Assembly: GCA_026706595.1 (NCBI GenBank) | Contig: JAPOYL010000009.1 | Span: 22,687-86,686 of the forward strand | DNA length: 64,000 nucleotides | Source of the DNA: Gammaproteobacteria bacterium | GTDB lineage: Bacteria > Pseudomonadota > Gammaproteobacteria > UBA4575 | Direction: 5' to 3' | Part shown: positions 49,103-59,730 of the stretch, piece by piece | Position numbering within the stretch: position 1 is the first letter of the stretch | How the letters are laid out: every line of letters starts with the position of its first letter | Translations under genes and position numbers: made by a program | The notes under the pieces: generated by a model | Told to the model about the DNA's origin: nothing | The model's input: the letters and a program-made list of their open reading frames with translations, nothing else | Databases searched by the model: none

Positions 49103-49433
49103 GACCGCCACGGCATATCTGATTCTGCGGGTGCCAGTCGGTCAAGCTAAAAAACCTTTAAGATCAGTCACTTGTGCACTTATCAAAGTATTTGATTTTT
49201 CCCATAATGAGGTTTTAGTTGTGCCCTGGGAAAGCTCCACGTAGCCTAGGCATTGTGGATGTTTTATTGTTGTTTTGTTGGCAGACCTGATAAGCAACAG
49301 TTCGCAGATCGACTTGGCGTAACTTCACAATCATGTCCCGGTCGCAGGCTACTGCGGAGGTGGGACAACCTGAACGTCACAATGTACGAATCGGTGCGAT
49401 AAAACATCACCAGTAAACTGGTCTGCCGGAAAA

Positions 49434-49459
49434 GCCCGCTTCTCGCGGGCTTTTCTTTT
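49434..49459. terminator. Bidirectional rho-independent terminator
   Basis: A GCCCGC-ttctc-GCGGGC stem-loop followed by TTTTCTTTT, about 20 nt beyond the stop of the SelD-fusion gene. Confidence 0.55.
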
Positions 49460-49478
49460 GGGTGTCGTCAGATGCCTT

Positions 49479-51761
49479 TCAGCGGGGCTGGTCAAGGTTG
49501 ATATGCACGGGTTCCAGCGTGTCGCTTTGGGGCAGCACCTGTCCCACGATACAGGCATGCCGGTAGCCCAGCTCGTGCAATTCCGCGATGCAGGCATCGG
49601 CATGCCTGCCAGGTAGGGTGGCGAGCAAGCCCCCGGAAGTTTGCGGGTCAAACAGCAACGGGTAGTGCGGATGCTGAGTAGCTGCTTCGGGATTTTTGAC
49701 TGCGCGGCGCAGGCGTACATTGGAAGGCTGCAGGGAACTGAATATTCCCATCTCGATAGTTTCGGCAGCGCCGTCGAGAACCGGCAGCATGTTCAAGTCA
49801 ATCGTGATGTCCAGCTGGGCCGCACGTACCATCTCCAGCAAGTGACCCAGCACGCCAAAGCCCGTGATGTCGGTGCACGCATGCACGTCATACTTGTACA
49901 GGCATTGCGCGGCCATGTGATTTGAAACGAGCATGCAATCTATGGCATCCACGATCCAGCGACCCCTGGCCTTGCCCCGCATCTCTGCTGCAAACAAGGT
50001 GCCCGTGCCAACCGGTTTGGTGACGATGATGACATCGTCAACCTGCATCCCCCCTTTGGCAAGCAGTCGTTCTTTTTCGATCAGCCCGGTAACACTGAGC
50101 CCAAAGGCAAGCTCGGCCCCCTCGCTGGAGTGTCCCCCGACCAGCGCCGCCTTGTGCTGATCCAGGACCCGCACCGCACCGTCCATGATTTGCAGAAGCT
50201 GCTGCTCAACCACGTTCTCTTTTCCGTACGGGATGGTTGCAATGGCCATGGCCGCCTGTGCCTCTGCACCCATCGCAAACACATCGCTGAGGCTGTGGTT
50301 AGCGGTGACCTGTCCAAATACAAACGGGTCATCGATAAACGCCCGGAAATAATCGACGGACTGAACCTGTACTTTGCCGGGGGGTACGGTCACGGCCGCG
50401 GCATCATCCGGTGCATCCAGTCCGAGCAGCACGTCCTCACGAAGGTGGGGCGACAGCTGGTTGATGACGCGGCTTAGGACATTGCTGCCAATTTTTGCGC
50501 CGCATCCGCCACAACGCATGGCAATTGCAGAGATTTCCTCGAGCGTATCGCGGCTTGCCAGTCTGCTGTCCACGAGGTCGTCATGCTTTTCTTGCATTTC
50601 AGGGAGACGGTTGTACTTGTGCATGAATCTCCGGTCGATCAGATCCTTGAGCTTCCAGACCCAGGCACCTTCAGTGGCTAACGCTCCACGGGAGGCCACT
50701 GCATACTTGTTGCCGGTACTGACCAGACTCAGGAAGCTGATTTGTGGCACATGTTCTTTCAGGCGTCTGTTTTCCAGTGCACGCCTCAGATTCTTGTACA
50801 GCGGCTTCCCCTGCCGAACCGCAAACACACCGGACTTGGGCCGCGGATAATCGGTCACCGCAGCGATGTCACCTGCTGCAAAAACGTCACTGTGGGACAC
50901 TGACTGCAGGGAACTGTTTACCTGGATGAACCCTCGCTCATCCACGGCAAGCCCGGATTCCCTATACCAGGTTGGCGCGGATGCATGGGTTGCCCAAATT
51001 GTCGCGTCCGCGTGCAAGGAATTACCGGAATCCAGCTGCAGGGTATGGGCGTTAGCTTCCATGACCATGCATGCCTTGTGTATCGTAATCTGACGCTCTG
51101 CCAGAATGCGCATGAAGCGGTGCTGTACGGAGGGGTTATGTGTAGGCAATACGGTGCCGTTGCTGCAGATGATGTGAAAACGGAGCTTGTCCACAGGCAG
51201 GTCTTGCTGGCGTAGTAACTTGTGCAGGTGATACTGCGTGGACAGGGCGACCTCGACACCGCCAGCACCTGCGCCCACCACGGCCATCTGGTAATCGCCC
51301 TTGCGTGTGAGCACTTCATCCATGATGGCGTCCCAGCCCCGTAGAAACCGGTGGATGGGCTTGACTCCCAGTGTGTGTTCTCTTGAGCCGGGAACCTCTG
51401 TGAAGGAAGGTGTTGATCCCGTGTTAATGGACAGTACATCGTAATGTACGGGCGGCCGGTCGCCGCACAGAACATACTTGTTTTCCAGGTCCAAAGAGTT
51501 GGCATTTACATGGAACAGGCGTGCTCCGGCAAACCGGGCCAAGGGCTGCAAATCGATATGGCTTTCGTCAAAACTGTAATGACCCGCGATGTAGCCCGGC
51601 AACATCCCGGAATAAGGGGTGTGTACATCGCGGCTGATCAGGGTGATCTGCAGGCCCGCAATGGGCTTCATGCCGAATCGTTTGAGCACGGCAACGTGGC
51701 TGTGGCCTCCCCCGATCAACACCAAGTCCTTGATCACCGTGCTGTTTTTCGGTTTCTGCAA
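49479..51761 (-). CDS. selD: Fusion protein: NDH-2-like FAD/NAD(P) oxidoreductase plus selenide,water dikinase SelD (SenC-like)
   Basis: N-terminal 'LVLIGGGHSHVAV' and 'VVGAGAGGVE' Rossmann motifs. C-terminal SelD with 'RCGGCGAKIG', 'VDYF', 'GGHSSEG' and an AIR-synthase-like C-terminal domain. Confidence 0.85.
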   Translation of the reverse strand: MQKPKNSTVIKDLVLIGGGHSHVAVLKRFGMKPIAGLQITLISRDVHTPYSGMLPGYIAGHYSFDESHIDLQPLARFAGARLFHVNANSLDLENKYVLCGDRPPVHYDVLSINTGSTPSFTEVPGSREHTLGVKPIHRFLRGWDAIMDEVLTRKGDYQMAVVGAGAGGVEVALSTQYHLHKLLRQQDLPVDKLRFHIICSNGTVLPTHNPSVQHRFMRILAERQITIHKACMVMEANAHTLQLDSGNSLHADATIWATHASAPTWYRESGLAVDERGFIQVNSSLQSVSHSDVFAAGDIAAVTDYPRPKSGVFAVRQGKPLYKNLRRALENRRLKEHVPQISFLSLVSTGNKYAVASRGALATEGAWVWKLKDLIDRRFMHKYNRLPEMQEKHDDLVDSRLASRDTLEEISAIAMRCGGCGAKIGSNVLSRVINQLSPHLREDVLLGLDAPDDAAAVTVPPGKVQVQSVDYFRAFIDDPFVFGQVTANHSLSDVFAMGAEAQAAMAIATIPYGKENVVEQQLLQIMDGAVRVLDQHKAALVGGHSSEGAELAFGLSVTGLIEKERLLAKGGMQVDDVIIVTKPVGTGTLFAAEMRGKARGRWIVDAIDCMLVSNHMAAQCLYKYDVHACTDITGFGVLGHLLEMVRAAQLDITIDLNMLPVLDGAAETIEMGIFSSLQPSNVRLRRAVKNPEAATQHPHYPLLFDPQTSGGLLATLPGRHADACIAELHELGYRHACIVGQVLPQSDTLEPVHINLDQPR

Positions 51762-51818
51762 AGCTTATCCTGCCTAGATCAATTCAGATAGGCCCGAAAG
51801 CCCTGCGGCCAATCCGGT

Positions 51819-53417
51819 TCATACCGTTACAGCCTTTTCGGGAAGTGTCTCCTGGAAGTAGTTCTCCAGAAATTCATCGAAAGACACCGTGTCGGAAGCT
51901 TCGATCTCGAGCTGTTTCTCCACGGACTGCTGTACAGCATCGGTGAAAAACTCCGTGTCTTGCGGACTCAAGGCATGCTTGCATACACGGGCTTGATGTA
52001 TTTTGGAATGACGGCTCGCCATTTCGAAGAATCCTTCCTCGGCGGTGCGCATCTCATGCAGGATTCTTGCAGAAGGTGTCAATGCGGCCTCTTTCATGGC
52101 TGCAGCTTGCTGTCGTAATGCTGCACTGTAGTCATCACAGGAGTTTGCCTCATCCAGTATTTCACAGATGGCCTGCATTTCATGCAGGATTTCCTGTCCC
52201 CACTCCTGCAGTGAAACCTGCTTTTGGCCTTGCGTTAATTTGAGTGCCGGGTCACGCCCATAGTGCGCTGTGTTGATTTCATTGCTGTCAATTGCCTGCC
52301 GTTCCGCTGCATCGATGCGCGGGCTTTCCTGCAATAGGCAAAAAATCATAAAGGCTTCCAGAAAATGAAGCTGATCACAATTGATGCCCAGCGGTTCGAA
52401 TATGTCCAGGTCCAAGGAGCGTAACTCAACGTACTGGACACCACGCTGGCGAAGGGCATGGACCGGCTTTTCATTGTTCAAAGAGGGCTGCTTTGGTCGC
52501 ACAGTACTGTAGTACTCATTCTCAATTTGCAAAAAATTGGTGTTGAGCTGCCGGTATTCTCCCGTCATCTTGACACCAATCCTTTCATATTTCGGACATG
52601 ATGTTTCAATCGCCTGAGTCAGGCACTGGATATACGAATCCAGGCTGTCGTAGCAGGCCTTGATTCCAATCTCACTTTCCAGTTTGTTGTTGTACCCGAT
52701 ATCTCCCATGCGCAATGATGTCGCATGAGGGAGATAGTATGTAGTGGCATCAAACTGCTGCAGTACGCCGGGTTGTCCGTCTACAAAGGATTTGCAGATT
52801 GCGGGTGATGCACCAAACAGGTAGTAGATTAACCAGCCGTAACGTTGCAGATTCCGGGTCAAAGCAAAATACCGGTCGTCGATGAAATCCCGCTGCGGAG
52901 CATTGCGGGGGAAAAGGTCGCTGTAATACGGCCAGAATGGGCCTGGCAGCGAATAATTGAAATGGATGCCTGCAATTACCTGCATCATCTTGCCATAACG
53001 ATGGCCGAGACCACGGCGATACACGGTCTTCATCATGCCCAGATTCGACGGGCCGTAATTTGCAATCGGAATGCTCGCCTCGCCGTCGATTACGCACGGC
53101 ATGCTTGCACCCCACAAAGACTCGTGCCCGAGCTGGCCATAGACAAACTGATGAATTTTCTCCAAAAATCCCAGGGTCGTGGCAATTCCCTGTAGGGGTG
53201 GGGTGATCAGTTCCAGCAGGGCTTCCGAGTAGTCGGTCGTGATATAGGGGTTGGTGAGCGCGGAGCCCAGCGAAGACGGATGTGGTTGTTGGGAAATTTT
53301 CCCGTCACTGTCCACGCGTAACGATTCCTTTTCCAGGCCGATTTTGCCACCAGACAACAAATGTTGTTGCCTGTCCTGAGTGATCCTTCTGAGGTGGCTG
53401 TGTAGCTGGTCGTACAT
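51819..53417 (-). CDS. gshA: Glutamate-cysteine ligase (E. coli type)
   Basis: 'GLEKESLRVDSDGKISQQPHPSSLGSALTNPYITTDYSEALLELITP'. Confidence 0.88.
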   Translation of the reverse strand: MYDQLHSHLRRITQDRQQHLLSGGKIGLEKESLRVDSDGKISQQPHPSSLGSALTNPYITTDYSEALLELITPPLQGIATTLGFLEKIHQFVYGQLGHESLWGASMPCVIDGEASIPIANYGPSNLGMMKTVYRRGLGHRYGKMMQVIAGIHFNYSLPGPFWPYYSDLFPRNAPQRDFIDDRYFALTRNLQRYGWLIYYLFGASPAICKSFVDGQPGVLQQFDATTYYLPHATSLRMGDIGYNNKLESEIGIKACYDSLDSYIQCLTQAIETSCPKYERIGVKMTGEYRQLNTNFLQIENEYYSTVRPKQPSLNNEKPVHALRQRGVQYVELRSLDLDIFEPLGINCDQLHFLEAFMIFCLLQESPRIDAAERQAIDSNEINTAHYGRDPALKLTQGQKQVSLQEWGQEILHEMQAICEILDEANSCDDYSAALRQQAAAMKEAALTPSARILHEMRTAEEGFFEMASRHSKIHQARVCKHALSPQDTEFFTDAVQQSVEKQLEIEASDTVSFDEFLENYFQETLPEKAVTV

Positions 53418-53677
53418 TGATGCGGGGTGGCTGATGATTTTCTGTTGGCCTGCGCAGTATCAATCCAGCCTTCGGATTTATCTGTTCACGGGCATTTTAC
53501 ACGCTTTATTTTCAAATGCTTCTTTGAGGAAATTGCGTTTGCGCCAATTTTGAGAGACTGTTTGCAGGGAAGGAAATCCCCATGACCGTGATGCAGGCTG
53601 TATCCCCTGTAAACGGAAGTTGGTAGGCTGCAGACCCTGGTTTGGCCTGTGGATGGTCCTGAATTAATGCCGCTGGT

Positions 53678-54256
53678 TCAGGCTAGTTCCTGATGCAGGC
53701 GGTTCCAGTCGAATGCCTGACCCGGATCGGTTTTCCGGTCCGGTGCAATCTCGGAATGCCCCACAATTCTTTGCCTGCTCAATGACGGATAGGCAATTCT
53801 CAGCGCATCGATCAGTGTGGCCAGAACCAGGTACTGGGCATTTTCGTAGGGCAGGGTATCGGTGCCCTCCAGTTCGATGCCGATGCTGAAATCGTTGCAA
53901 TTCTCCCGTCCTTGGTAGCTCGAGATGCCTGCATGCCAGGCACGGCGGTGAAAGGGTACGAACTGCACAGTGCTCCCATCGCGTCGCACCAGCACATGCG
54001 CAGATACCCTGTGTTCGGCAATTGAGGCGAAATCGGGGTGTGTGTCCGGATCGAGTCGGTTGGTGAAAAGCTGCTCGATACCAGGTCCTCCGAACTCACC
54101 GGGAGGCAGGCTGATGTTATGGAGAACGATCACGGAAGGCTGGCAGCCCTCAGGGCGTTCATCGGCATTCGGTGAAGGGACATAATGCACGCCGGTAATC
54201 AGGTGGCTGGCCGGGTCAACTCGCATGAGTCGCAGTATGCGGGATACGTGCCCCAC
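53678..54256 (-). CDS. ampD: 1,6-anhydro-N-acetylmuramyl-L-alanine amidase
   Basis: Amidase_2 with 'ISYHYLI'-type motifs ('SAHVLVRRDG', 'AWHAGIS...GIELEG'). Confidence 0.8.
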   Translation of the reverse strand: MGHVSRILRLMRVDPASHLITGVHYVPSPNADERPEGCQPSVIVLHNISLPPGEFGGPGIEQLFTNRLDPDTHPDFASIAEHRVSAHVLVRRDGSTVQFVPFHRRAWHAGISSYQGRENCNDFSIGIELEGTDTLPYENAQYLVLATLIDALRIAYPSLSRQRIVGHSEIAPDRKTDPGQAFDWNRLHQELA

Positions 54257-54311
54257 AAAAAAGGCCCCGCAAAGCGGGGCCTTTGAAGCAAGGAAAAGCC
54301 TTGTGGCTGAT

Positions 54312-55970
<1,659 letters not shown>

Positions 55971-56003
55971 CTAAATGCGTTAAAACTTCTTGATTGAGAG
56001 AGA

Positions 56004-56294
56004 CTAGCCTTCGATTACTGCCATGACATCGTCTTCGCGCATCACGAGCAATTCTTCTCCTTCGACCTTCACTTCGGTACCGGAATATTTTCCGAACAGG
56101 ATTTTGTCACCCGCTTTCAGGTCCAGCGGACGAACTTCTCCGCTTTCCGTAATCTTGCCATTCCCCACGGCAACCACTTCGCCCTTGATCGGTTTTTCTG
56201 TAGCTGAATCCGGGATCACGATCCCTCCGGGGCTCGTACGCTCTTCTTCCATACGCTTGACGACCACGCGGTCATGCAACGGACGTAACTTCAT
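56004..56294 (-). CDS. groS: Co-chaperonin GroES
   Basis: '[14 protein letters not shown]...GGIVIPDSA'. Confidence 0.97.
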   Translation of the reverse strand: MKLRPLHDRVVVKRMEEERTSPGGIVIPDSATEKPIKGEVVAVGNGKITESGEVRPLDLKAGDKILFGKYSGTEVKVEGEELLVMREDDVMAVIEG

Positions 56295-56372
56295 CAGGAT
56301 TGCCTCCTTAAAAATATCGACTGAATTGGATGTTGATAACGTGTTTTGCTTTATCTACGGAGGCCGCAAGTA

Positions 56373-56399
56373 TTAGCACTCCCCACAAAAGAGTGCTAA
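56373..56399. promoter_or_regulatory. CIRCE operator (HrcA site) of groESL
   Basis: An exact TTAGCACTC-N9-GAGTGCTAA, 79 bp upstream of the groES ATG. Confidence 0.9.
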
Positions 56400-56432
56400 T
56401 AATACGCACGAAACAAGTCAAGTCAAGCGGTT
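56398..56432 (-). promoter_or_regulatory. Putative sigma-70 promoter of groESL (TTGACT-16-TATTAT); the -10 abuts CIRCE
   Basis: The minus-strand reading shows cTTGACTtgacttgtttcgtgcgTATTATtagcactc. Confidence 0.45.
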
Positions 56433-56457
56433 TTTCAGCCGCAAATGATCTTGGGAA

Positions 56458-56904
56458 TCAGTCGTCCCGATGAGTGGCTTCTCCTTCGTAGATGCTTCCG
56501 GGACCGCTGTGAAGTGTGTTCGGATAGATTCGCACATAACGGGCCATGGACCACGAAATCAGGGCCTGGCGGGTCAGCGGCACCAGGCAGACAAAGCCGA
56601 CAAAGTCGGTAAAAAAACCCGGGGTGAGCAGCAGGGCCCCACCTAGAAGTAATGCCACGCCCTCAAGGATCTCGGTGGCAGGATAACGGCCCTCGGACAG
56701 GGATCGTTGGAGCCTGAGATACGTCTGCAGCCCCTGGGCACGCAACAGGGCCACGCCCAGCACGGCGGTCAGCACCACCAACCCGATGGTCGGCAGTGCA
56801 CCGATCAGGCTGCCGACCTGGATCAGCAGATAGATTTCGATGATCGGTATAATCACAAATGCTGCAAACAGGACCGGAAAAGGCCGTACATGGATTCGTG
56901 GCAT
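56458..56904 (-). CDS. fxsA: Inner-membrane protein FxsA
   Basis: '...IIEIYLLIQVGSLIGALPT...' next to groES, as in E. coli. Confidence 0.8.
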   Translation of the reverse strand: MPRIHVRPFPVLFAAFVIIPIIEIYLLIQVGSLIGALPTIGLVVLTAVLGVALLRAQGLQTYLRLQRSLSEGRYPATEILEGVALLLGGALLLTPGFFTDFVGFVCLVPLTRQALISWSMARYVRIYPNTLHSGPGSIYEGEATHRDD

Positions 56905-57245
56905 TGACTTCTCCTTTGCAGGTTTAGTTCACTGGCCCATGTTCGTTTACCAAACATGACCCATGGCGATTTGAGGTTTTGCTGAAATCATACGTGCGCA
57001 TCGTGTGATTTGAATTCCCCAAATGATTGTACGCAAATTCCACACATTACTGAGACCTGTGGGCCGGATATGGTGGATGGACAGATTGCATCAGGCGAGT
57101 GCTCTGGATGTCAAATCCGTGGTTCGAAGGCAACGGTGCCGAAAGACCCTGCAGCCCTTGGTGGCTGCATCGCCGCGGGCCTGTGGAATATGTCGGTACT
57201 GCGATACATGTTAATCTTTGCCTGGAAGTTGAGATGGAGGAATAG

Positions 57246-57614
57246 ATGCAAAAACCACTCGATCGTTCGATCCATGTTGTCTTGACCCTTGTGTTCGCTG
57301 CCAGCGTATTCACTATGACCTCCGCCGTTTTCGCGGATGAAAGCGTTGTGGAAAATGGCAAGAAAGTAGCCTTTGACCGCAAAGCGGGAAACTGCCTGTC
57401 CTGTCACTTGATTGAGGGCGGCGAAGCTCCCGGAAATCTGGGGCCGCCCCTGGTAGCGATGAAAGCCCGTTTCCCAGACAGGCAAAGGCTTCGAGACATC
57501 ATCTGGGACATCACCACATCGCGCCCAGAAGCCCTGATGCCGCCATTTGGAAGGTACAAGATTATCAGCGAACAGGACATCGATGACATTGTCGAGTATC
57601 TGTACACGCTATGA
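57246..57614 (+). CDS. soxX: Monohaem cytochrome c SoxX
   Basis: A signal peptide and a single 'CLSCH' haem site, first gene of the sox operon. Confidence 0.75.
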   Translation: MQKPLDRSIHVVLTLVFAASVFTMTSAVFADESVVENGKKVAFDRKAGNCLSCHLIEGGEAPGNLGPPLVAMKARFPDRQRLRDIIWDITTSRPEALMPPFGRYKIISEQDIDDIVEYLYTL

Positions 57615-57654
57615 CTATGTATATTGCGTTTTGAGATTTTACGAGGTCGACATT

Positions 57655-58104
57655 ATGAGCCTTACACGAAGAACAGTAATCAAGAATACGGCGGTTGCTG
57701 GTTTGGCAGCCATGGTTGGATTACCCAAACTATTGCTTGCCGCCTGGCCCGAGAATGCCTTCAAGGCTAAATCCATGGAGGACGCCCTGACTGCACTGCT
57801 GGGTACAACTGAATCGGAACAAGGTGATATTGTAATCAAGGCGCCCGAAATTGCTGAGAATGGTGCCGTGGTGCCTATCACGGTCACCAGCAATATCGCA
57901 AATACGGAGTCCATTTCCATTATCGTGCCGCATAACCCCCAGCCGCTGGTTGCAAGTTTTGACCTGAAAGACAGTGAGCCGTTTGTGTCGGTACGCATCA
58001 AGATGGCAAAAACATCTGACATTGTGGCTTTGGTGAAATCAGGCGACCAGTTGTTCAAGACCGCGAAGGAAGTCAAGGTGACCATTGGTGGGTGCGGCGG
58101 TTAA
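57655..58104 (+). CDS. soxY: Sulfur-carrier protein SoxY
   Basis: Tat signal 'TRRTVIK' and a C-terminal 'VTIGGCGG'. Confidence 0.9.
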   Translation: MSLTRRTVIKNTAVAGLAAMVGLPKLLLAAWPENAFKAKSMEDALTALLGTTESEQGDIVIKAPEIAENGAVVPITVTSNIANTESISIIVPHNPQPLVASFDLKDSEPFVSVRIKMAKTSDIVALVKSGDQLFKTAKEVKVTIGGCGG

Positions 58105-58128
58105 CCCATAGACAGAAGGTAAGTTGAT

Positions 58129-58443
58129 ATGGCAGAGACGATCAAGATTCGTGCCAAGAGCACAGACGATATTGTCACAGTAAAAGTGCTTGTTACGCAC
58201 CCTATGGAAACCGGGACACGCAAGGACAGCAGGACCAACAAACTCGTCCCCGCCCATTTCATAAAAGAAATCAAAGCCGAGGCTCACGGTAAAGTAGTTT
58301 TCCATGCAAACACCGGCGCGGGCGTGGCAAGAAACCCTTACTTCGCATTCAAATTCAAGGGCGCGAGTCCTGGAGACAGCATCAAGATCAGCTGGATTGA
58401 TAATCAAGGCAACGTGGATTCGAGAGAGGCCGTAATCAAATGA
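58129..58443 (+). CDS. soxZ: SoxZ
   Basis: 'IKIRAKSTDDIVTVKVLVTHPMETG', 104 aa. Confidence 0.9.
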   Translation: MAETIKIRAKSTDDIVTVKVLVTHPMETGTRKDSRTNKLVPAHFIKEIKAEAHGKVVFHANTGAGVARNPYFAFKFKGASPGDSIKISWIDNQGNVDSREAVIK

Positions 58444-58475
58444 TGGTCACCGGTCGTTGTTTCGAGGGAGGAAGA

Positions 58476-59312
58476 ATGAAAAATGCATTGATTGCCGCTG
58501 TCCTGGTATTGGCAGGTTCGTTGTTCGTGCAAGCACTGTCAGCAAGTCCCGAGGACGATGTGAGGTTGTATCAGGACTACTTCAAGAAACGCTTTCCAAG
58601 TATCGATTTTCAAGAATTTGCAAATGGCGTATATGCAATCAGTGCCCAGCAGCGTGAAAACTGGGAGGCGATCGAAGAATTCCCGCCTTATGAGCCGTTT
58701 ATCGAACGCGGTGAGTCCATGTGGAATGCCAAGTTTTCAAACGGAAGATCCTATGCGGACTGCTTTCCGAACGGGCCGGGCTCTCAGCACTTGTATCCGC
58801 AATGGAGCAAAGAGCAAGGAAAGGTCATCACTCTAGCGCTTGCGATCAATCAATGCAGAGAGGCAAACGGAGAGCAGCCCTTGAAATACATGAAGGGGCC
58901 AATAAATGACATTTTGGCGTACATGGCCTTCGAAAGCCGTGGGCAGTTGACCAATGTGGCAATACCTGTGGATGACCCGCGTGCGCTGGAAGCGTATGAG
59001 AAAGGCAAGGAGTTCTATTTCACGCGCAGAGGGCAGTTGAATTTTTCCTGCGATCAGTGCCACTTTCCTAACTCCGGCATGAATCTGCGTTCTGATGTGT
59101 TGAGCCCGGCCGTAGGACAAACTACGGGCTGGCCGGTATACCGTTCCGGGTGGGGGGCTCTAGGAACATTGCACCGCCGCTACAGTGGTTGTCTCAAGCA
59201 GGTCCGAGCCAAACCCTTTGCCGCGCAAGGTGAGGAATATCGCAACCTGGAATACTTTCACACATACATGAGTAACGGGATTGGATTAAACGGCCCCGCT
59301 GCCCGGAAATGA
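58476..59312 (+). CDS. soxA: Dihaem cytochrome c SoxA
   Basis: A signal peptide, 'CDQCHFPNSG', and a GGGAGG RBS before the ATG at 58476. Confidence 0.8.
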   Translation: MKNALIAAVLVLAGSLFVQALSASPEDDVRLYQDYFKKRFPSIDFQEFANGVYAISAQQRENWEAIEEFPPYEPFIERGESMWNAKFSNGRSYADCFPNGPGSQHLYPQWSKEQGKVITLALAINQCREANGEQPLKYMKGPINDILAYMAFESRGQLTNVAIPVDDPRALEAYEKGKEFYFTRRGQLNFSCDQCHFPNSGMNLRSDVLSPAVGQTTGWPVYRSGWGALGTLHRRYSGCLKQVRAKPFAAQGEEYRNLEYFHTYMSNGIGLNGPAARK

Positions 59313-59367
59313 TGAATCCGTGAAGCTTGTATTCATACGGCAGGTCTAAACCAGGGGGAACCAGGCA

Positions 59368-59700
59368 ATGGGAGTACTGCTCAAATACATTTTAATTTCG
59401 ATGGCCGCCACGGGCATATTGCTGTCTGCCGGTTTACTCGCAGATGTATCGGCTTACGATGATACCGAATTTGTGAATTTGCTCAGTACGGCAAAGTCGG
59501 CACAAAAAAAAGCAAGCTCTGTAGGGGGTGAGTGGCGCGATGTCGGGAAGTTCATCAAGGAGGCAGAGCAGGCTGCGGCAGATGGAGATTTCGATCGGGC
59601 GAAAAAGCTCGCACAGAAAGCCAAAACCCAGAGCGAACTCGGATACCAGCAGGCCGTTTCGCAAAAAGGAAAAGCACCCAGCCCATCCTACCTGCGATAG
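59368..59700 (+). CDS. Small secreted protein between soxA and soxB (possibly SoxK-like)
   Basis: A signal peptide followed by a Lys/Ala-rich helical tail. The assignment rests on position only. Confidence 0.35.
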   Translation: MGVLLKYILISMAATGILLSAGLLADVSAYDDTEFVNLLSTAKSAQKKASSVGGEWRDVGKFIKEAEQAAADGDFDRAKKLAQKAKTQSELGYQQAVSQKGKAPSPSYLR

Positions 59701-59730
59701 GGCCACCCGGGTCCAGTCGTAAATCGAGCC

